Positions 52,537 to 64,000 of a DNA stretch of 64,000 bases are shown here, piece by piece (within the stretch, counting starts at the first letter, position 1; every line of letters begins with the position of its first letter). The stretch is from contig CDRNST010000118.1 of assembly GCA_977016875.1 (NCBI GenBank), forward strand, positions 1,674,001 to 1,738,000, read 5' to 3'. This DNA is from Pavona decussata (lineage: Eukaryota). The notes beneath the pieces were generated by a model that was not told where the DNA came from, made no database searches, and saw only the letters and a list, made by a program, of their open reading frames with translations. A program made the position numbers and the translations under genes.

Positions 52537-55500
52537 TTACAACAGCAAAACATTTAGCAATGTTATGGTTAGAGTAACAATCCCATAGATGCCTGAACAC
52601 AGAGTGGACGCCGCTGAAGGATCTGTTGGAATAGGCTGCTCTGTTACCATGACAACTTTCTCCTCCCATCCTTTTTTAGAATGTTCACCAAACGTTCTTG
52701 GGTCATTGGCGTCCAAAGCGCTATAGGCCCAAACTATATTCACTTCTCCGCCGGGCTGCAACAAAACCAGAAAAAAATAAAATCAGCCACATAAAAAAGT
52801 ATAGTTGTGCTTGTGGTGAGGGAAACCGAACATGGTGGTTTTGGTATCGCTTTCTATTTATCGAGAATCCTGGCTGAAAATCTGAATTGAATATCCAATT
52901 TGAGCGGATGGGAAAAACTCCAGAACGATTGGCCCACCTTAAAATACGCTATTCGTTAACGGTGTTAGGCTGTTTGGACCAAAATTTACCATTTTATTTG
53001 ACTTAACCGATAAGCCGATTGTTTTTTATATTGAGTAAGGTAACGTTTGTTTAGTAGAGTTTCAAAACACGCTAGGAATATCATGCATTATTAGGGGAAA
53101 TGCAAACTAGCTGTATTTATGTCAAATTAAACACGTGGAAGAGTGTTTTCTGCCGATTTCCAAACACCGAGAAGTGGGTTGAGAAAACGAGGCGTAGCCG
53201 AGTTTTTTTTCTTTTAACCAACTCCAGTAGAAAATCCGTATCAGTGCAAATAGATTTACAAAAAGCTGGGGCGAAAAAGACAAAAAAAAAAAAAAGAACC
53301 TGAACAGTCAAATAAATTGATAACGCATATGAAAGCATATAGCGATGGAGCCCAAGAAATCCGAATCTGGAGTTTTAGTGAGGGATTAACATTAGGCCTC
53401 TGTGGATTACATATATAAGACATAGTGCTTACCGTAAAAGCTAGATCGTTGGGATCTTTGGTGTCAGTTCGTCTTTCAAACATCAGCTCTGTGTAGCCAT
53501 CGACTTCAGATGCATTGAGAAGTTTGTAATCCTGGCTTTCGTCAAGGGCAGGCCGCATACGCCCTATAGTTTTGAAGTCCTGGGGAACAGACAGTTAAAG
53601 GGGTTAATAAAGATAACATCAAAAAAACAACCCTGGATAATCGTTTCCCGCAAGAGTTCTCCTGGTCAGCATTCAAACAACAATTTATGTACAATTAACG
53701 TTAGGTTTAGGCCACCTTCATGGCAACCTTTATTGCAACATACAAATGAAGCGAACACCTATTTCAGTATTAACGATTTTGATCTTTCAGATCATGCACT
53801 TTCTACGGCCACGACATCGATATCCGAAAAGATTGACTGCATATTCTAGAATGAAAATTGACTTTACTGTTCTCCACTAATCAGTTGTTCAGTCATATCT
53901 GCACAAGCAGTTGTTGACATAAAATCTACTGACGTGTATAAGTACTTAGAATTTATCAAGTAGTTTACATTGGCTTCAAGACTCCAGCCAGCAAGGCGAG
54001 ATCTGTTTCAATCACTGTTGTATTCCCTGTTTCTCGGTCTAAAGCACTGACTCAATGGAACGAACCTCTGAATATCCCCTTCCTTTTCTTCGGGGGAAAT
54101 TCACTGATGAAACAGCAACTCACCCATAAATATCCTTGGCCATTGCTATACCCGGCAACGATCACGTCATAGTCCACCATGTCGTTAGGAGCTTTCTCAG
54201 CAAAACCAAATCCAACCCAACCAGTTGTCTTCACTCTCAAGTGAATATATATCATGTCAGTCTGATCATCAAAACGCCACAATAAAGCGAATCGATTCTC
54301 GTCAAAGCGGAGAGTGAATTGGGGCATTGCTGTAGAGAGGGTTAGGAATAGCAAATCATTATGATGACGAAAGCTGAACCCGATTAAGCCCATGGTAGTA
54401 AAGTTGCCCTTACGTCAAAGTTAATCACTGACTGCAATAACAAAGCAACTGTTCTTAACCAGTGAATTTTAATACGTTTCATGTTTTACTTGTATCAGAA
54501 CGACTGTTTATGTTTGTTTATGGCTAAATTTCTGCGTGTGTTAGCCTCCCAAGCAATCGTTTTGGAGGAGTCGTGGAACAAGAGTAATATGATTTCCCAA
54601 ACACGACCGCGTAGGCTGTTTGGTTTTATCAACAGAGTCGATTAGGCAATTTAGTCACCATAAAGCGATTTAAAACGTTTCAAGCGGTAGCCCTTCGTCA
54701 GAGTGAAATGACAAAGGGCTAATGCACGAAACGCAACTCTCGATACTCTTTACAGTGGACAAACTACCTTATTACCTCAGTTGATAAAACTGCCAAACAT
54801 TCGTTTCCCCTCCTCCATCGACGCAGAACCACAGTTCCTTTAAAAACTTTAAAAATCCCTTATGTACCCACAAGTAGATGTGTAACCTTATCTGGGCCAA
54901 CGTAGCTGATGTTTCCCTCCAATGACTTCAATCTAAATGCAATTGTTGTGACGTTATAGCATTTTGGTGTCGCATCTTTTTCTTCACGGAACTCTCTGTT
55001 TCCACGGTAGCCATGTATTGTCGGGCATGTGTACCCAAATTTAGAGACTTTTATGAAAACTAACTTTAACAATTGTAACGGCAATTTCCGAAGAAGTGCA
55101 TAGAAGAATCGTCAAGAATACTCTCGCGGAATTTCTCTTCGGAGGGTACCGGGGATTATTGTGCCACTACAGTAAACAATATTATCACAACCCCACATCT
55201 TGTCAGCGCCCAACGACAGTTTTCTCGCAAATCCTTTGCTTTTAAAGCACCTTAGGTTCATTTCAGGCCGCCCCATAATATTTTTATCTTTTCGGTCATT
55301 CTAGGGGAACTTGAGTCTTTTCGAAATTTTTAGGGCATAATGTCCATTTCCCGAAAACCTTATCGAACCTTAGGTCTTATTTCCTTTCCGAAAATCTTAG
55401 CTGACCTCTCTTCGGTACCTAAAATCACATTTTTTATCAATCCGAAAACACAAGATCTTAAATTTCCCATATCACGAACGTTCGAGGTGAAACTCCCTTT

Positions 55501-58500
55501 AGCAAATTGTAGGGGATTAAGGGCCTTCCGAAACGATCTGTTGGGTGCCCCTGATTGTGTGTGCAACCTGCAACGACTGGAACTGATTGCATATCACTGA
55601 CATACCTGGAATGAATGTAACTTCCGGCCGAACACCTGGAAGACTGTGCTTTAGGAACTGGCCTGGTTGTACGTCACTCGTAGAATGGTAAGCCCATATA
55701 AGGAACATTGGCATTCCTTGCTGAAAATACGATGAAATATAAATGAATGAAGGGAAAGCTAGAATAGTTAAGTGCCATTCCTTGCTGGAAATCAGATGAA
55801 ATAATTAACAATTGGCCTGATTATAGATAGGATACAATAGCGAAGCGCTATAATTGAGGATGAGGCATATCATGTGGAGACATTTCGAAAACCCCTACCA
55901 TCATGATCTGTCTACTTGTGTCAACAAGGTTGAAGATGGACATGACAAAACGTATTAAGTATATGTAGGACATTCAGATAAAAGTCTAAACAAGGTACCT
56001 AACAAAACTAGCGTAGAAAATTCCCAGCAAAAAACTATTCAAATTAGAAGAGAAGAAACAGAGCTTTAATTGACCGTAGGTCGTGTTTATGTTCTGAAAG
56101 AAATTTGTAGATATCCGGTCTCACTCTGGTCTCGTTGATATTCGAAAAGGTGAGGGGATAGGACCCTGGCAAAAAACTTCCAACTGACTTAAAAATCTCC
56201 ACATGTCTAGGAAAAATTAATTTAATATGGCTTCAGTACAATGGCTGTAACATTAAACTTTCACTACAGACTTTGCATTTCCGTGATCACTATTTACCAA
56301 GTACGGTTTTCAGTTTGCCTTATGCGCCGTTCTGAATATCCTCTAAAGGAACATAAAGCAACCAGTGATACATAATAATTCATTCTTATTTATTCACCAG
56401 GCTTAAAATATCCCATCAAATTTATTCCATTGCGCATATGCCACACGCTGACATTCAAATCCTAGCAATACGCAGGATGATTATACCATGAACCTAATTT
56501 AAGGCCTTAGCTCCCACGAGTCTCTTGTAGATCAGTGGTAGAGCATCCGAACTAGTAATTGGAAGGACTTAGATTCGACTCCTGATGAGAGCACTCGCAT
56601 TTCCTTTTTGCAAGTATGCCTCTGTCACTCACTGAATAACGCATCATTCTTAACTAACCTTTTTAAAGTAAAAAAAGAAAAAAAAAACGGGCGCAGCCTT
56701 TGTCAGAAAATTCCGTGTACAGCATTATCACGACGCGTTTTACCTGAATAACAACGTCCTTTTGTTGGTCGTTGGTGTCTCGCTTGCGATAAAACCTTAA
56801 TGTTGTTACACCGTTTTCTTCGCTAGAGTAACTCAGCATCCAGTCCTGTTGAGAGTCTTCTGGTGGTGCTCCAAAGCCACCGGTAAAGTAATCCTAACGA
56901 AATAACAAAAAGGAATATAGCCTTTACTATTTTGCTTAAATTGTCCATGATGGAAAGGAACAGTTCTGTCTTCCTCCGCGACCACTACAGACCATTAAGA
57001 TGTATTACCTTCGGATTGTTTAGAGGTCGGTATATTGGATATGGAAAACTAAATATAAGTCCTTTTTATGTTTTAGAACTTTTATTCTGATGAAAGTGGC
57101 AGGATGAAAACGGCGATTACAATCTATTTAGTGTAGCGATATAGAACAGCAAATTTCTAAACTAGCCATCAAGACCGTATTAACCTTCGTGCTTTATAAC
57201 ATTTTGATCGGTTCGATGCCATCAGATACAGGTAGGGAAATATTATGATTTATCAGGCAATCCACTGAAACCGGTCCGCCGTCTGCCATTGGATCTTTCT
57301 TTCTGCATCTGTATGACAAGGCGACTACAGACTTAACTTAGATTCCATTTAGGAAGCATTTGGAAAGACAAGCACGGATGTTCAAAGGAACCATCGTGTT
57401 TCTGTTGAAAACCTGCCGAGAACTAACCGGAAACCTTCAGTTAGCTTTCACGTTGAAACCTTCCAAATAGTCTTAAAATGAAACCCATGAGAATTTGCGA
57501 GTTAAACGGCAAAAACGTTTAGAAATAGAATACTTTTAGCTTGCCTTCAAATCAGGGAAAATCACCAGGTGCAGTTTTTTTATGGTAATGATCGCAGTGT
57601 CATGTTATTTTGCTGTATGACTGAAATGATCGTCACAAGGTTCAAGCACAAATTGTTATGAAACCACAGAAGCTAAACTAGTTACCTTTAAATATCCTGA
57701 TCCGCTTAAAACTCCACCAACAGCTACGTCGTATCCAACCATGCTGGTTGGTGCGTTAGTTGCAACACCAAAGCCGATCCAACCTGTGGCCCTCACTTGT
57801 ACCATAAAGTGTAAAGTGTCCGTACTGCTTTCAAACATCCAGGAAGCGTTATATTTGCCATTGTCGAGAGAAACAAAGTTTGAGAAATGTGCAGGTTTAA
57901 CAGGCGTAGGAGTGGCTGCTGTTGAAATATAATTTAAAGTTGTTGCTCGTCAATTGCGATCGACCAAGCAGGTGTTGGCGGTCTTTCAAAGAGATTGTAG
58001 TTAGGGCGATATACATATTACACAACGTTTCGGACCGAATTTGTCGCAGCAAAGGTCTACAGATGCGATACAGTCAAGACAAGACAAGACACTTTATTTA
58101 ACGTGGTGAACATGCTTAGCCATACGGCTAGTTTGTAGATCAGTATACAACGGTAAGAAAATGATGCTAAAATAAACATCAAAAACAAAAGTCAACGGAC
58201 TTTTGGCCCTCATCGAAGGGTTCCAGCAATTTGAAAAAGGAAAATTGTTAATCGAGAGTATAACCCACTCAGAAACTTTTTCGTCTTGCGTATGCCTCAG
58301 TTTTGCAGTGCAAGTTGTAAGTAAGTAAGTAAGTAAGTTTATTTTGCCACACCACAAATACAATGTAAACAAAAAAAAATAGAAAAAGATAGATTTAACG
58401 ATGGCGAGGAGACCTAAAGGAAACTATGAAGCTTATATTAATTAGGTCTCCTCAGTTATTATTTTACAAGATGAAATCAAAAAAGAAGATAAGAACACGA

Positions 58501-61500
58501 CGACGGATACAGTTACAATTTCATACAATTACAATGTCAAACGGAAGGATATATTACGAAAATAAAAGCTACAAGAAAATTAAAACTACTAATAGTTATT
58601 GTAGAAAAACGCCTTAAGTGCTTTTTTTAAAGGAGATAGAGGAGGACGAGAAACAATTTGCGAGAAACAATGACTAGTGAAACGCTGCCTTTAGTGCTGG
58701 CATTAATTACCTATCTGAAAGGTAGTCCATTTTACTCATGCCGTTTTTTTTTTTTTTTTTTTAATCTGTTGGGACGGATTCTCATTTCGTTATATCCAGA
58801 ACCTTTTAGTATGACAATAAAACTCGCAAGTCGTATAGAGATAGCAAACTAATTTTAACACCCTTAGTTTCACTGAATCTCTGAAGAAATGTATACAGGA
58901 ATCATCAAGAATTCCTGAGAGTAACTTCTCTTTGCCGAGTTATAATACTACTTGACAGAAGTGGCTTCTAAACTCCACATCCCACGCTTTTAAAATACCT
59001 CTTACTGACTGCATATCACTAACGTACCTGGTGTTGGCGTAGTAGCAGCAGCAATGAATGTAACTTCCCGAGAACCTGGATAACTGTGCTTTGCAAACTG
59101 GCCTGTTTGAACGTCACTCGTAGAATGGTAAGCCCATATAAGGAACATTGGCATTCCTTGCTGAAAATAAGATGAAATATAATAGTGTTTTACAACGCTA
59201 CTTTTGAGAACTTATCTTCGTTTAATGAAAGGAGTTTGGCACTGAAAGTGTTTCTAGGGGCTCCTTAACAAAAAAGGATCACTAAGTTGAATCTAAATTC
59301 TCCCTCATTTGAAATGCGAATTAATCTAAAATGGCTTTAGCTTCAGTTTGCCATCTTTCGAGACATTAGGTCGTAAGTCTTACATAAACTGTCGATTTTC
59401 TTTCCTTCAAAACGCAGATCCAGCCATAGTCAGAAAATCTCTGCGGGAATTTTGTCACGACGCATTTTACCTGAATAGCAACATCCTTTTGGTCCGTGGT
59501 GTTTCGTTTGCGATAAAACCTTAGCGTTGTTACACCGTTCTCCTCGCTAGAGTAACTCAGCATCCAGTCCTGCTGGGTGTCTTCTGGTGGTGCTCCGAAG
59601 CCACCGGTGAAGTAATCCTAACAAAAAGGAATATAGCCTTTATTATTTTTCTTAAGTAGTCCATGATGGAAAGGAACACTGTTCTGTCTTCCTCCCAGAC
59701 CGCTCCAGACCATTAAGATATATTACCTTCGGATTGCATGATTAAAGGTATGTTGGATATGGCAAACTAAATAGGAGCCTTTTTTATATTTTAGAACCTT
59801 TATTTTGGTGAGAGTAGCAGGATGAAAACAGCGATTACAATTTATTTAGTGTAGCGGTATAGAACAGCAAATTTGTAAACTAGCCTTCTCAAACTCATTA
59901 ATAATTCATCAAGAGATGAATTATTAACGAGACTACAGACTTAACTTAGATTCCCTTTAGGAAGCATTTCGAAAGACAAGCACGGATCTTCAAAAGAACC
60001 ATCGTGTTTCTGTTAAACCTTTCGAGAATAGCGGAAACCTTCAGTTAGCTTTCACGTTGAAACCTTCCAAATAGTCTAAAAATAAAACCCACGAGAAACT
60101 GCGAGTTAAACGGCAAAAAACGTTTTAAAAAGAATGCTTTAGCTTGCCTTCAATTCAGACAAAATCATCGCGCGCAGTTTTTTTATGGTAATGATCACTG
60201 TGCCATGTTATTTTGCTGTATGACTGAAATGTTAGTCACAAGGTTCAAGCACAAATTGTTATGAAACCACAGAAACTAAACTAGTTACCTTTAAGTATCC
60301 TGATCCGCTTAAAACTCCACCAACAGCTACGTCGTATCCAACCATGCTGGTTGGTGCGTTAGTTGCAACACCAAAGCCGATCCAACCCGTGGCCCTCACT
60401 TGTACCATAAAGTGTAAAGTGTCCGTACTGCTATCAAACATCCAGGAAGCGTTATATTTGCCATTGTCGAGAGAAACAAAGTTTGAGAAATGTACAGGTT
60501 TAACAGGCGTAGGAGTGGCTGCTGTTGAAATATAATTTAAAGTTGTTGCTCGTCAATTGCGATCGACCAAGCAGGTGTTGGCGGTCTTTCAAAGAGATTG
60601 TAGTTAGGGCGATATACATATTACACAACGTTTCGGACCGAATTTGTCGCAGCAAAGGTCTACAGATGCGATACAGTCAAGACAAGACAAGACAAGACAC
60701 TTTATTTAACGTGGTGAACATGCTTAGCCATACGGCTAGTTTGTAGACATACAACGGTGAGAAAATGATGCTAAAATAAACATCAAATACAAAAGTCAAC
60801 GGACTTTTGGCCTTCATCGAAGGGTTCCAGCAATTTGAAAAAGGAAAATTGTTAATTGCAGAGTATAACCCACTCAGAAACTTTTTCGTCTTGCGTATGC
60901 CTCAGTTTTGCAGTGCAAGTTGTAAGTAAGTAAGTAAGTAAGTAAGTTTATTTTGCCACACCACAAATACAATGTAGACAAAAACAAAAAAAATAGAAAA
61001 AGATAGATGTAACAATGGCGAGGAGACCTAAAGGAAACTATGAAGCTTATATTAATTAGGTCTCCTCAGTTCTTATTTTACAAGATGAAATCAAAAAAGA
61101 AGATAAGAACACGACGACGGATACAGTTACAATTTCATACAATTACAATGTCAAACGGAAGGATATATTACGAAAAGAAAAGCTACAAGAAAATTAAAAC
61201 TACTAATAGTTATTGTAGAAAACGCCTTAAGTGCTTTTTTTAAAGGAGATAGAGGAGGACGAGAAACAATTTGCGAGAAACAATGACTAGTGAAACGCTG
61301 CCTTTAGTGCTGGCATTAATTACGCATCTGAAAGGTAGTCCATTTTACTCATGCCGTTTTTTTTTTGTTTTTTTTTAATCTGTTGGGACGGATTCTCATT
61401 TCGTTATATCCAGAACCTCTTAGTATGACAATAAAACTCGCAAGTCGTATAGAGATAGCAAACTAATTTTAACACCCTTAGTTTCACTGAATCTCTGAAG

Positions 61501-64000
61501 AAATGTATACAGGAATCATCAAGAATTCCTGAGAGTAACTTCTCTTTGCCGAGTTATAATACTCCTTGACAGAAGTGGCTTCTAAACTCCACATCCCACG
61601 CTTTTAAAATACCTGTTACTAACTGCATATCACTAACGTACCTGGTGTTGGCGTAGTTGCAGCAGCAATGAATGTAACTTCCCGAGAACCTGGATAACTG
61701 TGCTTTGCAAACTGGCCTGTTTGAACGTCACTCGTAGAATGGTAAGCCCATATAAGGAACATTGGCATTCCTTGCTGAAAATAAGATGAAATATAATAGT
61801 GTTTTAGAATGCTACTTTTGAGAACTTATCTTCGTTTAATGAAAGGAGTTTGGCACTGAAAGTGTTTCTAGGGGCTCCTTAACAAAAAAGGATCACTAAG
61901 TTGAATCTAAATTCTCCCTCATTTGAAATGCGAATTAATCTAAAATGGCTTTAGCTTCAGTTTGCCATCTTTCGAGACATTAGGTCGTAAGTCTTACATA
62001 AACTGTCGATTTTCTTTCCTTCAAAACGCAGATCCAGCCATAGTCAGAAAATCTCTGCGGGAATTTTGTCACGACGCATTTTACCTGAATAGCAACATCC
62101 TTTTGGTCCGTGGTGTTTCGTTTGCGATAAAACCTTAGCGTTGTTACACCGTTCTCCTCGCTAGAGTAACTCAGCATCCAGTCCTGCTGGGTGTCTTCTG
62201 GTGGTGCTCCGAAGCCACCGGTGAAGTAATCCTAACAAAAAGGAATATAGCCTTTATTATTTTTCTTAAGTAGTCCATGATGGAAAGGAACACTGTTCTG
62301 TCTTCCTCCCAGACCGCTCCAGACCATTAAGATATATTACCTTCGGATTGCATGATTAAAGGTATGTTGGATATGGCAAACTAAATAGGAGCCTTTTTTA
62401 TATTTTAGAACCTTTATTTTGGTGAGAGTAGCGGGATGAAAACAGCGATTACAATTTACTTAGTGTAGCGGTATAGAACAGCAAATTTGTAAACTAGCCT
62501 TCTCAAACTCATTAATAATTCATCAAGAGATGAATTATTAACGAGACTACAGACTTAACTTAGATTCCCTTTAGGAAGCATTTCGAAAGACAAGCACGGA
62601 TCTTCAAAAGAACCATCGTGTTTCTGTTAAACCTTTCGAGAATAGCGGAAACCTTCAGTTAGCTTTCACGTTGAAACCTTCCAAATAGTCTAAAAATAAA
62701 ACCCACGAGAAACTGCGAGTTAAGCGGCAAAAAACGTTTAAAAGAGAATACTTTAACTTGCCTTCAATTCAGACAAAATCATCAAGTGCCGTTTTAATTT
62801 TTATGGTAATGATCACCTGGCTCTTTTGGCCACTACGCACTTCTTCCGTAGAATGTAAAATTACTAAATAAATTGCTTTGCACGTTTAATTTTTTTTTTC
62901 TTACTATAAATTATATTGTATTTCATTGTAATAAGTGTGAATAAAATTAAATTGAATTGAATTGAATTGTGCCATGTTATTTTGCTGTATGACTCAGTGA
63001 AATGTTAGTCACAAGGTTCAAGAACAAATTGTTATGAGACCACAGAAGCTAAACTAGTTACCTTTAAGTATCCTAATCCGCTTAAAACTCCACCAACAGC
63101 TACGTCGTATCCAACCATGCTGGTTGGTGCGTTAGTTGCAACACCAAATCCAACCCAACCCGTGGCTCTCACCTCCACCATAAAGTGTAAAGTGTCCGTG
63201 CTGCTATTGAACATCCAGGAAGCGTTATATTTGCCATTGTCGAGAGAAACAAAGTTTGCAAAATGTAGAGGTTTAACAGGCGTAGGAGTAGGCATGACTA
63301 CTGACGAGCTGGATGCTGTTGGAAGATAATTTTAAATTTTTGCTTGTCATTTGCGTTTGCCCAAGTAGGTGCGAGCAGTCTTGGAAGAGATTGTACTTAG
63401 GGCGATATATACATGTTACCGAATAAACAAAGCTCCGCACGTGGTACAGTAAAATCGCAAAATGTATATTTAAAGTTACACATTTTACTAAGGTTGACAG
63501 GTGCAATACACGTCAACGTACTTTTGCCCGCATTTTTGCTCGTTCATGGAAGAATTCCAGCAACGGCAAAAGGTAAAATTTACATTTGCCGGGTACAGTA
63601 AACTTTACAACTTTTTTGTCATACGTGTGTCGCAGTTTTGCTGCAATCCAACTTGCAATTGTGAGAAACGATGACTAGTGAAATAAAGCCTTTAGTGAAC
63701 ATTTTTTTTTTATGTTTAGCCGTGTAAGAGGTAGGTCCGCTTAATCTACTCATACCGGGTTCTTTTATGATCTTCTGAGACCGGTGGGGGCGGGCGGATT
63801 TCCACTCTGTTAAATCAAGTACCTAGCCTTTGACAGTTATGTGACAATGAAACTCAGAAGGCTTATTGAACGACCAAAGGACCCCACACTCACCTACAGG
63901 TGTCGTGGTCGACGGTCCAATAACAGATGTGGTCATCGCTGTCAAAGTTGATGTAGTAACTGCTGGCGGTGTTGATGCACTCATCGATGCCAATGTTGAC
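52537..64000 (-). CDS. Gene D (5' end outside window): S/T-rich linker + >=4 DOMON domains + GPI-like C-terminus
   Basis: Exons 63894-64000 (partial, STLASMSASTPPAVTTSTLTAMTTSVIGPSTTTPV), 63062-63315, 62085-62231, 61642-61774, 60289-60521, 59471-59617, 59028-59160, 57686-57918, 56744-56893, 55606-55720, 54124-54329, 53433-53579, 52537-52755. All GT-AG and in frame. Motifs TGW[VI]GFGVATNAPTSMVGYDVAVGG, QDWMLSYSSEENGVTTLRFYRKR, LIWAYHSTSDVQ..QF.KHS. Confidence 0.88.
56445..56640 (+). repeat. tRNA-like interspersed repeat (related copies at ~16440, ~20870, ~33925, ~44025)
   Basis: CAAATCCTAGCA...CAGTGGTAGAGCATCCGAACTAG...TTCGACTCCT; degenerate cloverleaf. Confidence 0.5.
58318..58653 (-). mobile_element. 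5'-truncated CR1/L2-clade LINE 3' end
   Basis: (TTAC)n tail, 3' stem-loop GAGGAGACCTA...TAGGTCTCCTC and ORF tail KKALKAFFYNNY*. Empty site at ~63655. Confidence 0.65.
60923..61266 (-). mobile_element. Duplicated copy of the same LINE 3' fragment
   Basis: Same sequence and flanks. Confidence 0.65.

Larger units (their letters stand above)
10255..54243. repeat. Segmental tandem duplication: two full gene units (~10255-27590 and ~27590-50700) plus a third copy of the 3' segment (~50700-54243)
   Basis: Introns, intergenic DNA, SINEs and even spurious ORFs recur at matching offsets (25698 vs 48818, 26818 vs 49941, 11930/29578/52537). Confidence 0.92.
56730..63290. repeat. ~2.6-kb tandem repeat of the three-exon DOMON cassette in gene D (~2.5 copies)
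   Basis: Exon offsets 57686/60289, 59028/61642 and 59471/62085 (2603-2614 bp), with near-identical introns. Confidence 0.9.

Noticed and set aside
511-64000. Calling these genes DBH/MOXD1, or FRRS1/cytochrome b561 reductases
   Set aside because: The complete genes B and C contain no copper monooxygenase, reeler or multi-TM b561 exons, only DOMONs, linkers and an anchor. No gene symbol is assigned.

Overview
Eukaryotic, AT-rich, intron-containing DNA. The repeat content looks anthozoan, probably a stony coral (inference). The window holds a head-to-tail array of four paralogous minus-strand genes, called A (9386 to <1), B (26244 to 11930), C (49364 to 29578) and D (>64000 to 52537). They encode signal peptide + 3 to >=4 tandem DOMON domains, mostly separated by S/T/P-rich linkers. 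B, C and D end in a GPI-anchor-like tail. No catalytic (copper monooxygenase or cytochrome b561) domain is present. Each DOMON is encoded by the same three-exon cassette (intron phases 1-0-0-1), and most keep the Met/His pair typical of heme-binding DOMONs. The array grew by nested duplication: internal three-exon duplications (one making a chimeric domain through a TAAA microhomology), a whole-gene duplication (B/C), and three mosaic copies of a shared ~3.5-kb 3' segment. Gene A has a 1-nt frameshift in exon 1, a His-less first domain and an RKRR/S furin-type insert. Introns carry many non-autonomous DNA transposons, including a 4.5-kb foldback element with ~1.8-kb arms nested in a hairpin MITE. 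They also carry LINE and Penelope fragments, tRNA-derived repeats and hammerhead-like cores. Exon boundaries were read by hand from GT/AG sites and frame continuity; no searches were run.
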